From the NCBI GenBank assembly GCA_036517175.1, contig DATDXQ010000028.1, positions 2,113-66,112 on the forward strand: a DNA stretch of 64,000 bases, read 5' to 3'. Made by a program: the position numbers and the translations under genes. The notes under the pieces are model-generated. The model made no database searches. It was given only the letters and a program-made list of their open reading frames with translations, and was not told where the DNA came from. Below, in pieces: positions 49,697 to 58,146 of the stretch. Positions within the stretch are counted from its first letter, which is position 1; each line of letters begins with the position of its first letter. The DNA is from Minisyncoccota bacterium. GTDB lineage: Bacteria; Patescibacteriota; Minisyncoccia; 2-02-FULL-40-12; IGHO2-01-FULL-4-A.

Positions 49697-50671
49697 TTAA
49701 GCTAAATAGGAATGGGTCGACTGTACAGCCATTGCTCCCTCACCCACTGAAGATGCGACTCTTTTAACAGAACTGAATCTAGCATCGCCTGCCGCGAAAA
49801 CACCTGCTTGAGATGTCTCCATATGTACCGGCACAGAACCATCTAATCTATTATTAACAAACTGCCCAGTAAGAATATAACCATTCTTGTCTTTTTCAAC
49901 ACAACCATCAAGCCACAAAGTCTTTGGTCTTGCACCAATTAGTATAAATAACCTATCGGCTGGAACAATGCTTTCATCGTTATTAGTCTTCAATCTTATT
50001 TCTTCCAGATGCTCAACCCCTCTGCATTCCACAAGAGATGTATTTTCATGCACATGAACATTACCATAATCCACGATTCTTTTTATAAGATACTCGCTCA
50101 TTTTGTCCTTGATGGAATCACCCCTAACTAACAGATGTATTTCACAACCTGTACATCTTGCCAAATGCACAACAGCCTGCCCGGCAGAATTAGCGCCACC
50201 CACAACATATAATTTCTTGTCATTATACACAGAACTAAGTGAGGGGGAACCATATGAAATCCCATTGCCAAGGAATCTAGCAAGACCCGAAACAGTAAGG
50301 GTCTGGTATTGAACTCCGAGTGCCAATATAACTGCCCGAGACACAATCACATCTCCCTCGTCGCTAATAATGGTCTTCCTGTCTCCATCACAAACTAGTC
50401 TATTGGCCCTGAATGGAGCCAAAAAATTAGTGTTAAATTTTGCGGCCTGCGCCACTGCCCGGCGAACTAAATCTTGACCAGTCAAACCATCTGGAAATCC
50501 AAGAAAATTTTCAATAAGTGTCGAGGTGCCTGCCTGACCTCCAAACTGAGTTTGTGCATCTATAAGGACGGTAGACAATCCCTCAGAAGAAGCGTTAACA
50601 GCAGCAGAAAGGCCCGCTGGTCCTCCACCGACTATGCATAAATCATATTCATTATTAGTCACCTTGATCAC
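49697..50671 (-). CDS. Thioredoxin-reductase-like FAD/NAD(P) flavoprotein lacking the CxxC redox disulfide.
   Basis: YDLCIVGGGPAGL FAD motif. VVGGANSAGQAV NADPH motif. No CATC-type motif between them. Confidence 0.65.
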   Translation of the reverse strand: MIKVTNNEYDLCIVGGGPAGLSAAVNASSEGLSTVLIDAQTQFGGQAGTSTLIENFLGFPDGLTGQDLVRRAVAQAAKFNTNFLAPFRANRLVCDGDRKTIISDEGDVIVSRAVILALGVQYQTLTVSGLARFLGNGISYGSPSLSSVYNDKKLYVVGGANSAGQAVVHLARCTGCEIHLLVRGDSIKDKMSEYLIKRIVDYGNVHVHENTSLVECRGVEHLEEIRLKTNNDESIVPADRLFILIGARPKTLWLDGCVEKDKNGYILTGQFVNNRLDGSVPVHMETSQAGVFAAGDARFSSVKRVASSVGEGAMAVQSTHSYLA

Positions 50672-50755
50672 CTCTGTTTAAATTTTTAAAAATCTATCCT
50701 AATATAGTATAATGAAAAGTAATACATGTCAACAAGAAAACAAAAATAAAAACGG

Positions 50756-51157
50756 CTAATATTGCCGTTGTGCACCTGCTGGGTAAACCAGACAGGAATA
50801 TTGTCCAGCCTTAAAATAAATGCATTCTTCGTCAACAATTCTAGCTACTTCAGCGATCCTCTCGAGAAGAGCAGGGATTCTATTCTTGCCCTCAAAAGAA
50901 ACTTCATAAACCCTGTGACGATCTCTATAAACTACTCTCTGTTTATTTATCCAAAGGCCAAAATTAGCAACCACGGAGGAGGTAAATGCTCCAAACTCTC
51001 TGGACAAAAAATTCTGCAAATACTCCTCAACTGTCTCTCCTCCAATTATTATATTTAACTTGTTTTCCGGGATATAAAATACTGCTGGCCTACCAAGATC
51101 AACAAGTCTGTACTTAGATCTATCATTAAATTCCCGCCACCTACTTTTATTTTTCAA
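50756..51157 (-). CDS. Hypothetical protein (first gene of a three-gene operon).
   Basis: 133 aa. No recognisable motif. TTG start. Confidence 0.35.
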   Translation of the reverse strand: MKNKSRWREFNDRSKYRLVDLGRPAVFYIPENKLNIIIGGETVEEYLQNFLSREFGAFTSSVVANFGLWINKQRVVYRDRHRVYEVSFEGKNRIPALLERIAEVARIVDEECIYFKAGQYSCLVYPAGAQRQY

Positions 51158-51164
51158 GGCTCAC

Positions 51165-51410
51165 CTATCCAGAAACGGAATTTACATGAAAGTGGTCACC
51201 CTGTGAGACAACATTAAATCTCTGGCCACAGCGACAAATAAAAGCAGGTGAAGCTGATGTTCTCCGATCACCCACAAGAATAGAATGATGGAATCCAACC
51301 TCACCAGTGTTTTCATTTTTTAGACCATTCCTACCACAACCACAGGTAATATCTATGGCAACCATATTTTTGCTTATAGGCTCTATCCTAATACCCATGA
51401 TACCCTTCAT
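51165..51410 (-). CDS. Small zinc-ribbon protein.
   Basis: 81 aa. CGCG...CRCG Cys pairs. ATGA overlap with the upstream gene. Confidence 0.45.
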   Translation of the reverse strand: MKGIMGIRIEPISKNMVAIDITCGCGRNGLKNENTGEVGFHHSILVGDRRTSASPAFICRCGQRFNVVSQGDHFHVNSVSG

Positions 51411-51712
51411 CCCTGTCCTCTCAGGTTTTCTACTCTATCCTTTTCATTTACATCCACCGCCATTCTTGTTCCGCCCCCGGCAAGACCCATATCACTTCCC
51501 AAAATCTCAAGGATTATATCCTCAGCCAATCCTTGCCTTCGACAACTAGCGATCGCGCCCGCAATCATAAGTTCCTGGAATTTTAGAGCCATCGCGTCAA
51601 CAACCGGATCACCGCTCTGAGTATCTTGACGTTGTGCTCTTAAGGCGGCCAAATGTAGGATTAATGCACCCTTGGCCATGCCTGCCACAAATTCATTATC
51701 TCGTCCACTCAT
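51407..51712 (-). CDS. Hypothetical protein.
   Basis: ATG at 51710-51712 with a GGAG SD (MSGRDNEF...). The ORF-track TTG start at 51790 is probably an over-extension. Confidence 0.4.
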   Translation of the reverse strand: MSGRDNEFVAGMAKGALILHLAALRAQRQDTQSGDPVVDAMALKFQELMIAGAIASCRRQGLAEDIILEILGSDMGLAGGGTRMAVDVNEKDRVENLRGQG

Positions 51713-51854
51713 GTCATCTTCTCCAATTTTAAATAGCACTTTGATTATACTGCCCAATATAGTTTTTGTCAAATTAAGATAGCACTTCAAATATTAGTTT
51801 AGTGCATATCTTTGCAAATCAAAACCGCCAATAATGGCGGGTGGCAAGATACTC

Positions 51855-52318
51855 CTATAAATTTTTTTCTAGAAATAACCTAGCTTTCCTAAATGCTTCA
51901 CCTCGATGAGATATTTTATTCTCATCCTCTGTCGTCATTTCAGCCAAAACTAAATTGGTACCTTCAGGAACAAATAGCCCACTGTAGGGCATCCCTGGTT
52001 GAAACTTTGCTCTAGGAGCTTCCAGTAATTGTCCATAGACTTTACCTGAAAAGAAATACTCATCGCCACTTGGTGCAACAACCACAAAGACCTTTCAGCA
52101 ACGCCTTCATTGGATTCACTTTCCTTGAATAGCATGCGATACCTATTTGCCCGATCGTGTAATAAGATCCCTTCAAATTGAGTAAGGGCAAATCTTCCAA
52201 GTTTCTTCAGAATCACACAAACTTCTGGATTATTCCCGTTTACTTCAAGTTCTTTTTCAATTTCGCCAATAAATACTTGAATTGTGACTTCAACTGTAAT
52301 TTTAGACAACATATCCAT
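51855..52318 (-). pseudogene. Candidate frameshifted gene: two overlapping ORFs in different frames.
   Basis: The 122-aa ORF (52318 to 51950) and the 76-aa ORF (52085 to 51855) overlap by 135 nt. Together they would read as one roughly 150-aa protein. Confidence 0.35.
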
Positions 52319-52449
52319 TGTCTAACTACTATTTTAAAGAATAAACCAACAATACCATAGAAATATTGTATTGTAAAGTACATTGCTGAGCTGGGACTTA
52401 GTTGGAAATCGATATTATTGAATATCCAAGAGATTTACGCTTTCGCAAA

Positions 52450-52485
52450 TTAAAAAGCCGAGCATAACTCGGTCCTACATTTTAT
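52450..52485 (-). terminator. Rho-independent terminator.
   Basis: gccgagc-ataa-ctcggtc hairpin. Minus-strand T-run with a conserved TTTTTAATTTGCGAA tail. Confidence 0.5.
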
Positions 52486-52487
52486 GA

Positions 52488-52700
52488 TTAGGTTTTACTT
52501 TTAAAATGGTCGAACTTATACCAAAGATCATCAAAATACGCCTTACAAGATGTGCAATCAGCAAAATGCAGAAGATCTTCATATGTTAGTCCGCTAACAC
52601 ACATCTTATGAAATTGCCCCACAGTGAAGTGGGTTCCTAGAGGAATTTCTAATCCAGTTGGTTTTGGTTTCTTAAATCTCTTTAATAACCATACTAGCAT
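52488..52700 (-). CDS. Small Cys/His-containing hypothetical protein.
   Basis: 70 aa. AGGAG SD. TTGACA-N17-TATTGT promoter at 52732-52760. Confidence 0.45.
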   Translation of the reverse strand: MLVWLLKRFKKPKPTGLEIPLGTHFTVGQFHKMCVSGLTYEDLLHFADCTSCKAYFDDLWYKFDHFKSKT

Positions 52701-52731
52701 TTTAGTCTCCTGTTATTAAGGAATAGGAAAA

Positions 52732-52760
52732 ACAATACTTCTTCTTGTTAGCATTGTCAA
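52732..52760 (-). promoter_or_regulatory. Sigma70-like promoter TTGACA-N17-TATTGT.
   Basis: Exact -35 hexamer and 17-nt spacer. Lies 30 nt upstream of the AGGAG SD of the 52700 gene. Confidence 0.5.
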
Positions 52761-52793
52761 TCTATTGGGGAAGGTTACTTAAGGGAGTAAGAA

Positions 52794-53870
52794 TTACTTT
52801 TTATTGTTCTGCAAAGGGTGGGATTTATTCTTCTCTACCCTTTCTATCATAAATTTTACAGCCTCGTTCGTATTGATAAATTGTAGCTTTATATCTGGAA
52901 GGTTGTTGTGAAATACCCTAAATATTTCATCCGCAAAAGCTTGTCCAATCATAGGAACCTTATCAAAATCAAATACGACAGATTTAAATTTATCTAAACC
53001 AGACAATACTCTACGTGCTTGGGAGCGAGAAACAAATACACCACCTATTGTATACAGCTTTATCTTAACTTCAGTTTTATCAAATCCTTGATAACCGTCC
53101 TCATTTTCTCCAGTATATTTTCTAAATATATCGTTTAGGTGCCTATCTGAATCTATCGAAATAGAAAAACTAACTTTAGTACCCTTTCTTATAGCTTTTG
53201 GTTTTTGTAAGAAAACATCATTAATTCTGTTGTTTACTATAACTAGTCTGTATCCAAAACTATCTAAATTAAACAGGTCGCCAGCCCTTGAAGTAAAGAA
53301 AATACCCTCACCAGAATGAGATTTAGGTTGTGTGGTTGTTTTTCCTTTCAATAAATCCTGAATGGCCTCGAGCTCCGATTTAAGAGTTCTTTTGACCATT
53401 ATGTTTTTATATACTCCAATTCCAGAATCTATTACATCAAAGAAAAGCTTCTTATTTTCAATTCTGACCTCGACCGTAATATTCTTTGATTTTGAATGCT
53501 CAATAGCATTGTTGAGCATCTCAGAAAAAGCATAAGTAAAAATACTCCTAACATTTTCCTTGAGGGTCAAGATAAGGGGAAACTTATTCTCTAGTTCATT
53601 CAAAACCTTGTGCTCTTCCAGCCCCTTATTCTTTAACGTTTTTTTTATTTTGTTAGGAAAAAGTTCTAAGTGGTTCGCAGCGTATTTAGGATTTAGATAT
53701 GAAGCCTTACTAGTTGAGCCGGTCTTTACTATTTTTCTCTCATTGACCAACTGTTTTAATAAAAAGCTTATATATTGCCTAGAAACGCCAAATATAGAGA
53801 CTAGATCCCTAGTTTTTAATTGTTTTTTTTGCTCTAAAATATTTAGTATTGTTTCTTTAGACAACTTCAT
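52794..53870 (-). CDS. Single-polypeptide wHTH + GHKL (HATPase_c) ATPase + STAS-like (DUF4325) protein.
   Basis: N-terminal HTH (LKTRDLVSIFGVSRQYISFLL). N-box NNAIEHS and G-box DSGIGV. C-terminal VVFDFDKVPMIGQAFADEIFRV, typical of DUF4325. Tandem TTGACA boxes with TATACT 7 nt from the ATG suggest a leaderless start. Confidence 0.6.
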   Translation of the reverse strand: MKLSKETILNILEQKKQLKTRDLVSIFGVSRQYISFLLKQLVNERKIVKTGSTSKASYLNPKYAANHLELFPNKIKKTLKNKGLEEHKVLNELENKFPLILTLKENVRSIFTYAFSEMLNNAIEHSKSKNITVEVRIENKKLFFDVIDSGIGVYKNIMVKRTLKSELEAIQDLLKGKTTTQPKSHSGEGIFFTSRAGDLFNLDSFGYRLVIVNNRINDVFLQKPKAIRKGTKVSFSISIDSDRHLNDIFRKYTGENEDGYQGFDKTEVKIKLYTIGGVFVSRSQARRVLSGLDKFKSVVFDFDKVPMIGQAFADEIFRVFHNNLPDIKLQFINTNEAVKFMIERVEKNKSHPLQNNKK

Positions 53871-54133
53871 TGACTTAAGTATATCAGTTGTAAAGCGGTT
53901 GTCAAGTAGTCTGGGGACGGTTGTCAACTTGGTTGTAAAGTTAGTGGCCGAGCTAGGTCTTCGTTGCTTCGCTCCTCCGAAGCTTTAGCAAAGGAGGGGG
54001 CATTTATTGATACCGAATATCCGGGAGATTTACTATTTTGCTACAAATTAAAAAGCGCCCTTCGATAAACTCAGAGCACTTCTTAATCTCAGTTTACACT
54101 GAGCTTGTCGAAGTGTTGCGGGGACAATCAATC

Positions 54134-54219
54134 GTTGGAACTACTTCTAAGCGATTAGTTGAGAAAGTTTTTAGGTATTACTTAAAAATAAAACCTATCG
54201 ATTAAGATAGGTGTTGGAA
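54134..54219 (-). repeat. Conserved 3'-end element copy A (GATTAGTTGA box plus terminator hairpin), flanked by GTTGGAA.
   Basis: Homologous to 54741-54840 and 58916-59030. Hairpin cctatc/gatagg. Confidence 0.55.
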
Positions 54220-54222
54220 ATA

Positions 54223-54633
54223 TCATCTACGGCCAGACCAGTTTTTACCACAGTCATCGCACCAATAGGCAGTAAAATCATATTCAGATTTTGATTTTAG
54301 GTTTGGGTGTTGGCATCTTTTTTGCAGTTCTATCAATTCATTTTCTACTACAGTAAGTTGGGCTTGAACTCCCTTTTTTCGAGACTCAATTTTTTTTCGG
54401 AGCTCAATTACATTATTCTGGGTAGCCTGAACAGATTCCTTAAATTCTTGACATCGGCAAGCGTTACAGCTTGTCCCAACTTTAATATTTTCTGACAATC
54501 CAATGTGATTATGATAATTGCGTGGGTGGCCACATTCACAGATTAATTCTGGATTGTAACGGCCAAAGACAGAGTGTGATACTTCGCTCACGCTCAACTC
54601 TTTGTTGTAAATTATCTGCCTAGAGAATATCAC
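54223..54633 (-). CDS. Zn-finger / coiled-coil small protein.
   Basis: 136 aa with no internal Met. CECGH...CNACRC and C-terminal CQHP...CDDCG. Central coiled coil. Non-ATG start; the exact start is uncertain. Confidence 0.45.
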   Translation of the reverse strand: MIFSRQIIYNKELSVSEVSHSVFGRYNPELICECGHPRNYHNHIGLSENIKVGTSCNACRCQEFKESVQATQNNVIELRKKIESRKKGVQAQLTVVENELIELQKRCQHPNLKSKSEYDFTAYWCDDCGKNWSGRR

Positions 54634-54740
54634 CCAAAAACCTTTTAATCAATATCCCTGCTGTCCCTCGATTTCCTCGGGATAAATCATTCCTTCGATA
54701 GTTCGGCAGGCACTTCGGCCGTGAGCCCAGCACCGAATGG

Positions 54741-54840
54741 CTCACTACTTGATCAGGGCAAGACTGCAAGCGATTAGTTGAAAGGGTGTTTAAATATTAC
54801 TTAGAAAATAAAAAAGAGGGATAAATCCCTCATCTTGGAA
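54741..54840 (-). repeat. Conserved 3'-end element copy B.
   Basis: GATTAGTTGA box at 54772-54781 plus hairpin gaggga/tccctc overlapping the RidA stop codon. Confidence 0.55.
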
Positions 54841-55276
54841 TAGCAGCAATTCCTCTGATTTCTACCATCGTATCTTCCAAGGGGTACTCCCACGGCACTT
54901 CTGATACCCAAACCTGACACCTGGCAGGCATGTTTCCTTTTTCTCTTGTAATACCGTATTGAGCAAAAAATTCACAGTAGGCAGAATTATAATCTTCACG
55001 GGATTTCTTTCGGTCTTTACAATCTTTCAAAAATACATCCATTGCTACAAACGAGCTGGCATCACCGCCTGCCTCCTCAACGATAGCAAGCATATTTTTC
55101 AATACTTGAGCGGTCTGTGGCCCATAACCACCTTCAACAACTGGCTCGCCATCACGGCTTTTATCATTTCCTGTTTGCCCAGCAAGAAAAAGAATTTTGT
55201 GGTTCATCGGGTCTACTAATACACCCTGACTGTATGCACCTGGAGTGGGAGTCTTATCAGTAAAAATATTCTGCAT
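54830..55276 (-). CDS. RidA/YjgF/Endoribonuclease L-PSP family protein.
   Basis: GAYSQGV..., GPQTAQVLKNM, VDVFL and the C-terminal PARCQVWVSEV...VEIRGIAA pattern. AAGGAG SD at the ATG at 55276. Confidence 0.65.
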   Translation of the reverse strand: MQNIFTDKTPTPGAYSQGVLVDPMNHKILFLAGQTGNDKSRDGEPVVEGGYGPQTAQVLKNMLAIVEEAGGDASSFVAMDVFLKDCKDRKKSREDYNSAYCEFFAQYGITREKGNMPARCQVWVSEVPWEYPLEDTMVEIRGIAAIPR

Positions 55277-55324
55277 TGTCTTTCTCCTTGTCAAAAATCA
55301 AAGTGATATTATCCTATCATATAT

Positions 55325-55591
55325 TTACAATAAGTCTAGCCCGGCTGATTTATCAGAACAAAAAAGCCGAGGGTTAGTCGGCATTTTGGGTAGTGCCCAA
55401 TTTGTAGGTGGATGGCGCAAGGGCTTCTTTATTCCACAATCCCAACAGTGACCACAATCGCTTATTAAATAATCGTGGTCGCAGGCCCACTTACCTACAT
55501 CGTCAGCACTAATTCTTTTTTTGAGGCCACTCAAACGAATTCTTAACACAAGATATTTAGCATTAGGGGCACGTTCGTATTCTGCTTTCAT
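55325..55591 (-). CDS. Small Cys-rich protein.
   Basis: CDHDYLISDCGHCWDCG cluster. The ATG at 55589-55591 lies 1 nt after the stop of the upstream gene. A hairpin/terminator is embedded in its last 15 codons. Confidence 0.4.
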   Translation of the reverse strand: MKAEYERAPNAKYLVLRIRLSGLKKRISADDVGKWACDHDYLISDCGHCWDCGIKKPLRHPPTNWALPKMPTNPRLFCSDKSAGLDLL

Positions 55592-55592
55592 T

Positions 55593-55811
55593 TTATTTCC
55601 AACCCAATACTTTCCAACCGTGTTCAGCATATAGGCCAAGGCCGTCTTTTCCTTCACAGCATTCAAGGAATGCATTTTCTGTATCAGACCAATAGAAATC
55701 GCCTGTAGAAACTTTTACACCAGGTCCTTCAAAGCGAAGCTTTACTGGTCTCGCCGTTCTCTTGGATGGTTCTGTGGTTTTCCAATTTCTATTTCTTGCT
55801 TTGGTAGCCAT
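55593..55811 (-). CDS. Small basic hypothetical protein (P1).
   Basis: 72 aa. GGAGGAAGAGA SD. Promoter/operator module upstream. Confidence 0.5.
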   Translation of the reverse strand: MATKARNRNWKTTEPSKRTARPVKLRFEGPGVKVSTGDFYWSDTENAFLECCEGKDGLGLYAEHGWKVLGWK

Positions 55812-55846
55812 TCTCTTCCTCCGATAATTTCAATGAACCTGGAAAC

Positions 55847-55875
55847 AAAATACACCTTATTGGTGTATTTTGCAA
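55847..55875 (-). promoter_or_regulatory. Promoter TTGCAA-N17-TATTTT with an embedded operator palindrome AAAATACACC-N5-GGTGTATTTT.
   Basis: Perfect 10-bp inverted repeat spanning the spacer. A near-identical copy sits at 57824-57852. Confidence 0.55.
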
Positions 55876-56072
55876 AATGCCAACCAGGTCTGGGACCCGG
55901 GAAAATTGTACTCGCCGCCTACTGGTGCTGGGCATACCACGACTTCTGTCTCTGGCATTTCGGAGCTCTCGCTCCTCAACTGTCACTCGCCAAAAGGTAT
56001 GTACCACACCTGCTGGCTTTGGTGTTTGGGCAAATCAAAAAGCGGCTAATGCCGCTTTAAACAACTGTTCAA

Positions 56073-56357
56073 TTAGTAAATAGCGAGGGTTTGTCCATTT
56101 ATTACTATCGCCACATCCCTATCCAACGAAGTACATTCAGAATCTACAACAAAATCATCGTTTTTCGTCCGTATCAAAAGAACCAGATGTGCTGGAAATC
56201 CCTCCTTCACTACAAGATCAAAACTAATATCCCCGCTAGAAACATCGCGTAGTTTTTTTCTTGTTTCAAAAACCGCTTCTGAATTTTCTATTGTACGCCC
56301 AGTCTCCTCCAGTGCTATAATCCGATCTTCTTGAGCAGATAACTGCCTTATTTTCAT
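56073..56357 (-). CDS. Hypothetical protein.
   Basis: 95 aa. ATG at 56355-56357 with an AGGAG SD. TTGACA-N17-TATTAT promoter at 56386-56414. The ORF-track start at 56435 is an over-extension. Confidence 0.45.
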   Translation of the reverse strand: MKIRQLSAQEDRIIALEETGRTIENSEAVFETRKKLRDVSSGDISFDLVVKEGFPAHLVLLIRTKNDDFVVDSECTSLDRDVAIVINGQTLAIY

Positions 56358-56623
56358 AACGACTCCTATTTTAAAAGACAATACAATAATACAACCTACA
56401 TGTGGTATTGTCAATCTACACTTTGGCCTGCACATCCACTCTATTGAGCTCTGTATTTCTTCGTTCTCACTCAGTCACTGGCCTCAGTACAAAATTACCT
56501 TCATTCGCTTGTTGCAGAGCTTCGACAGAATTGCCTGCCTGCCGTAGCTTTAGCAAAGTAGGGTGAGGAGTTGGTAAAAATAAAACCGAGGAGAGCTCGG
56601 TATTGGTAAAACGTAATTATTTA

Positions 56624-57358
56624 TTAGTATTCTGCGACTGTTAAATTCATGGATAAATCTAAAAAGGAATCTACGCAGAGAAATGGCCCACCGGGGGTTT
56701 CAAATGTTCTTTTATTTTGTAAGACTGGTTCGACACACACATAATCTTTAGGTGCATCGGTCCACAAGACAAGTTGGGATTTGACTGGCGCAAACGCTCC
56801 TCCAAGCTCCATCATTATATTTTTGCTTGGCATAGCGATAAGAATGGCCTCACTACTTATTCCTACTGATCTCGATTCACAAGAAAAACCATTGTAGGCA
56901 GCTCCACCATTCAAAACTCTTACAGTGCTCTCGTCTTTACATCCAAAATACGGATGAAATGCTGGAAGCACTGGGGCTGGTATAACTTCTTTGTCATCCA
57001 TCCGATCTATACGTAATGTCATCTTCAATCCATTAGTATATGCGTAGACTCCAATCTCGTATCCTAAAGACCATGGATAGCTTTCATTCCCAGGATGATG
57101 AAAAATTAGTTTGGCATTATTAGATTCGAGTTTTACATCTCGGGCCTCCAAATCTCGTAGATAACCATGCTTCTTCTTGCTTCTTGGGGATTGACCAAAC
57201 CATGGAGCACATATATGACAGCCACCACGTGCCTTATCTCCAATTTGGCGCCAAGGATACAATATCTCTAGCTTATCTACTACGGCAGAGGTAATAGTCC
57301 CGCCAGTAGAAGAGAGGTGAATTTCCGTTTGGCCATTTCTAATAACAATATCTTCCAT
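56624..57358 (-). CDS. D-hexose-6-phosphate mutarotase / aldose 1-epimerase family (YeaD-like).
   Basis: GGCHICAPWFG and HGYLR motifs. ATG at 57356-57358 with a GGAGG SD. TTGACA-N17-TATTTT promoter at 57400-57428. Confidence 0.6.
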   Translation of the reverse strand: MEDIVIRNGQTEIHLSSTGGTITSAVVDKLEILYPWRQIGDKARGGCHICAPWFGQSPRSKKKHGYLRDLEARDVKLESNNAKLIFHHPGNESYPWSLGYEIGVYAYTNGLKMTLRIDRMDDKEVIPAPVLPAFHPYFGCKDESTVRVLNGGAAYNGFSCESRSVGISSEAILIAMPSKNIMMELGGAFAPVKSQLVLWTDAPKDYVCVEPVLQNKRTFETPGGPFLCVDSFLDLSMNLTVAEY

Positions 57359-57565
57359 CGTGTCCTCCAGACCTAGCAAATTGTTAAATAGATAATAAAA
57401 AAATAGCACTTCATTGCTATTTTGTCAATATATTCTTGCCCTTCGTGATTACACTCAGGGCTGCGTCGGCCTTCGCCTCCTTGTTGCAGAAGTGTTGCGT
57501 GATTGGCAACAAATACTGCTTGATTTGAAAGAAGTCTACACTTTTGCAAATTAAAAAGTGCGATA

Positions 57566-57793
57566 TTATCGCACTTCAAATCTTCGGCCAAACCAATAAC
57601 AGCCGGGTTCTTCTTGAAGTTCCATTCGGCCACCCTCGTTATGCCATTGGGCAGGATTGTCTGCAAAAAGAGTTCTGCACTTATCGGAAGGTATAAATTC
57701 TTTTACAGTATATTTTCTTCCTTTTGTCAGCGCTGGTCCAATACCTTCCATTTTTTCATCAACACATTCGACCGTCTGGCCTTCTTGAAACAT
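57566..57793 (-). CDS. Small hypothetical protein (P2).
   Basis: 75 aa. AAGGAG SD. The operator-containing promoter at 57824-57852 is paralogous to the P1 promoter. Confidence 0.5.
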   Translation of the reverse strand: MFQEGQTVECVDEKMEGIGPALTKGRKYTVKEFIPSDKCRTLFADNPAQWHNEGGRMELQEEPGCYWFGRRFEVR

Positions 57794-57823
57794 ACACTTC
57801 TCCTTGTTAATTTAGCTGAAAAC

Positions 57824-57852
57824 AAAATACACCAATAAGGTGTATTTTGCAA
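57824..57852 (-). promoter_or_regulatory. Promoter TTGCAA-N17-TATTTT with operator palindrome AAAATACACC-N5-GGTGTATTTT (copy 2).
   Basis: Same palindrome arms as 55847-55871. The loop is AATAA rather than TTATT. Confidence 0.55.
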
Positions 57853-57949
57853 CTTATGCCAATCTTGTCTCATTTGTTGCGGAACTCTTACGCAGTTGAC
57901 ACCTTTTGATACCGAATATACAAAAGATTTGCAATTTTGCTCTGGTATA

Positions 57950-58146
57950 AAAAGTGAACCCCCGGGTCGTGGCCACGACATCGGGGGTTAATGTGCACGG
58001 ATTGTTTACCGTGCTGCCTGTTTTCGACCTTGCGGTCGGGCGACCTCCAATAGGGTTTGGGGAGCCTAGGCTCCTTATCCGCCTGTGGCGGACCTACCTT
58101 CGAACCCTCCTCTCGAGAAGCTACCTCAAGAGAAACTCAATGTTGT
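57950..58146 (-). ncRNA. Standalone roughly 200-nt GC-rich structured RNA with its own promoter and terminator. Class not identified.
   Basis: TTGACT-N17-TATACT promoter at 58153-58181. GC-rich terminator hairpin at 57957-57989 plus T5. No ORF. Much more GC-rich than the surrounding sequence. Confidence 0.55.

Noticed and set aside
55868-55884. TTGGCA..TTGCAA read as a sigma54 (-24/-12) promoter.
   Set aside because: The GG-to-GC spacing is 6-8 nt in the three copies, not the obligatory 10. The TTGCAA instead aligns as a -35 with a 17-nt spacer to a TATTTT -10.
55789-56083. ORF-track small ORFs 55789..56007(-), 55833..56060(+), 55877..56083(+), and 58057..58263(+) and 57954..58148(+).
   Set aside because: They overlap one another, the conserved non-coding module or the RNA gene. 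Their shared FAKCQxGLGPG peptide is just the translated nucleotide motif. They have no SD and no coherent frame.
57950-58146. Naming the RNA as SRP RNA (ffs) or RNase P RNA.
   Set aside because: Only short local resemblances exist. The apical loop is ACAG rather than the conserved GNRA of SRP helix 8, and the length is too short for RNase P. I leave it unclassified pending a covariance-model search.
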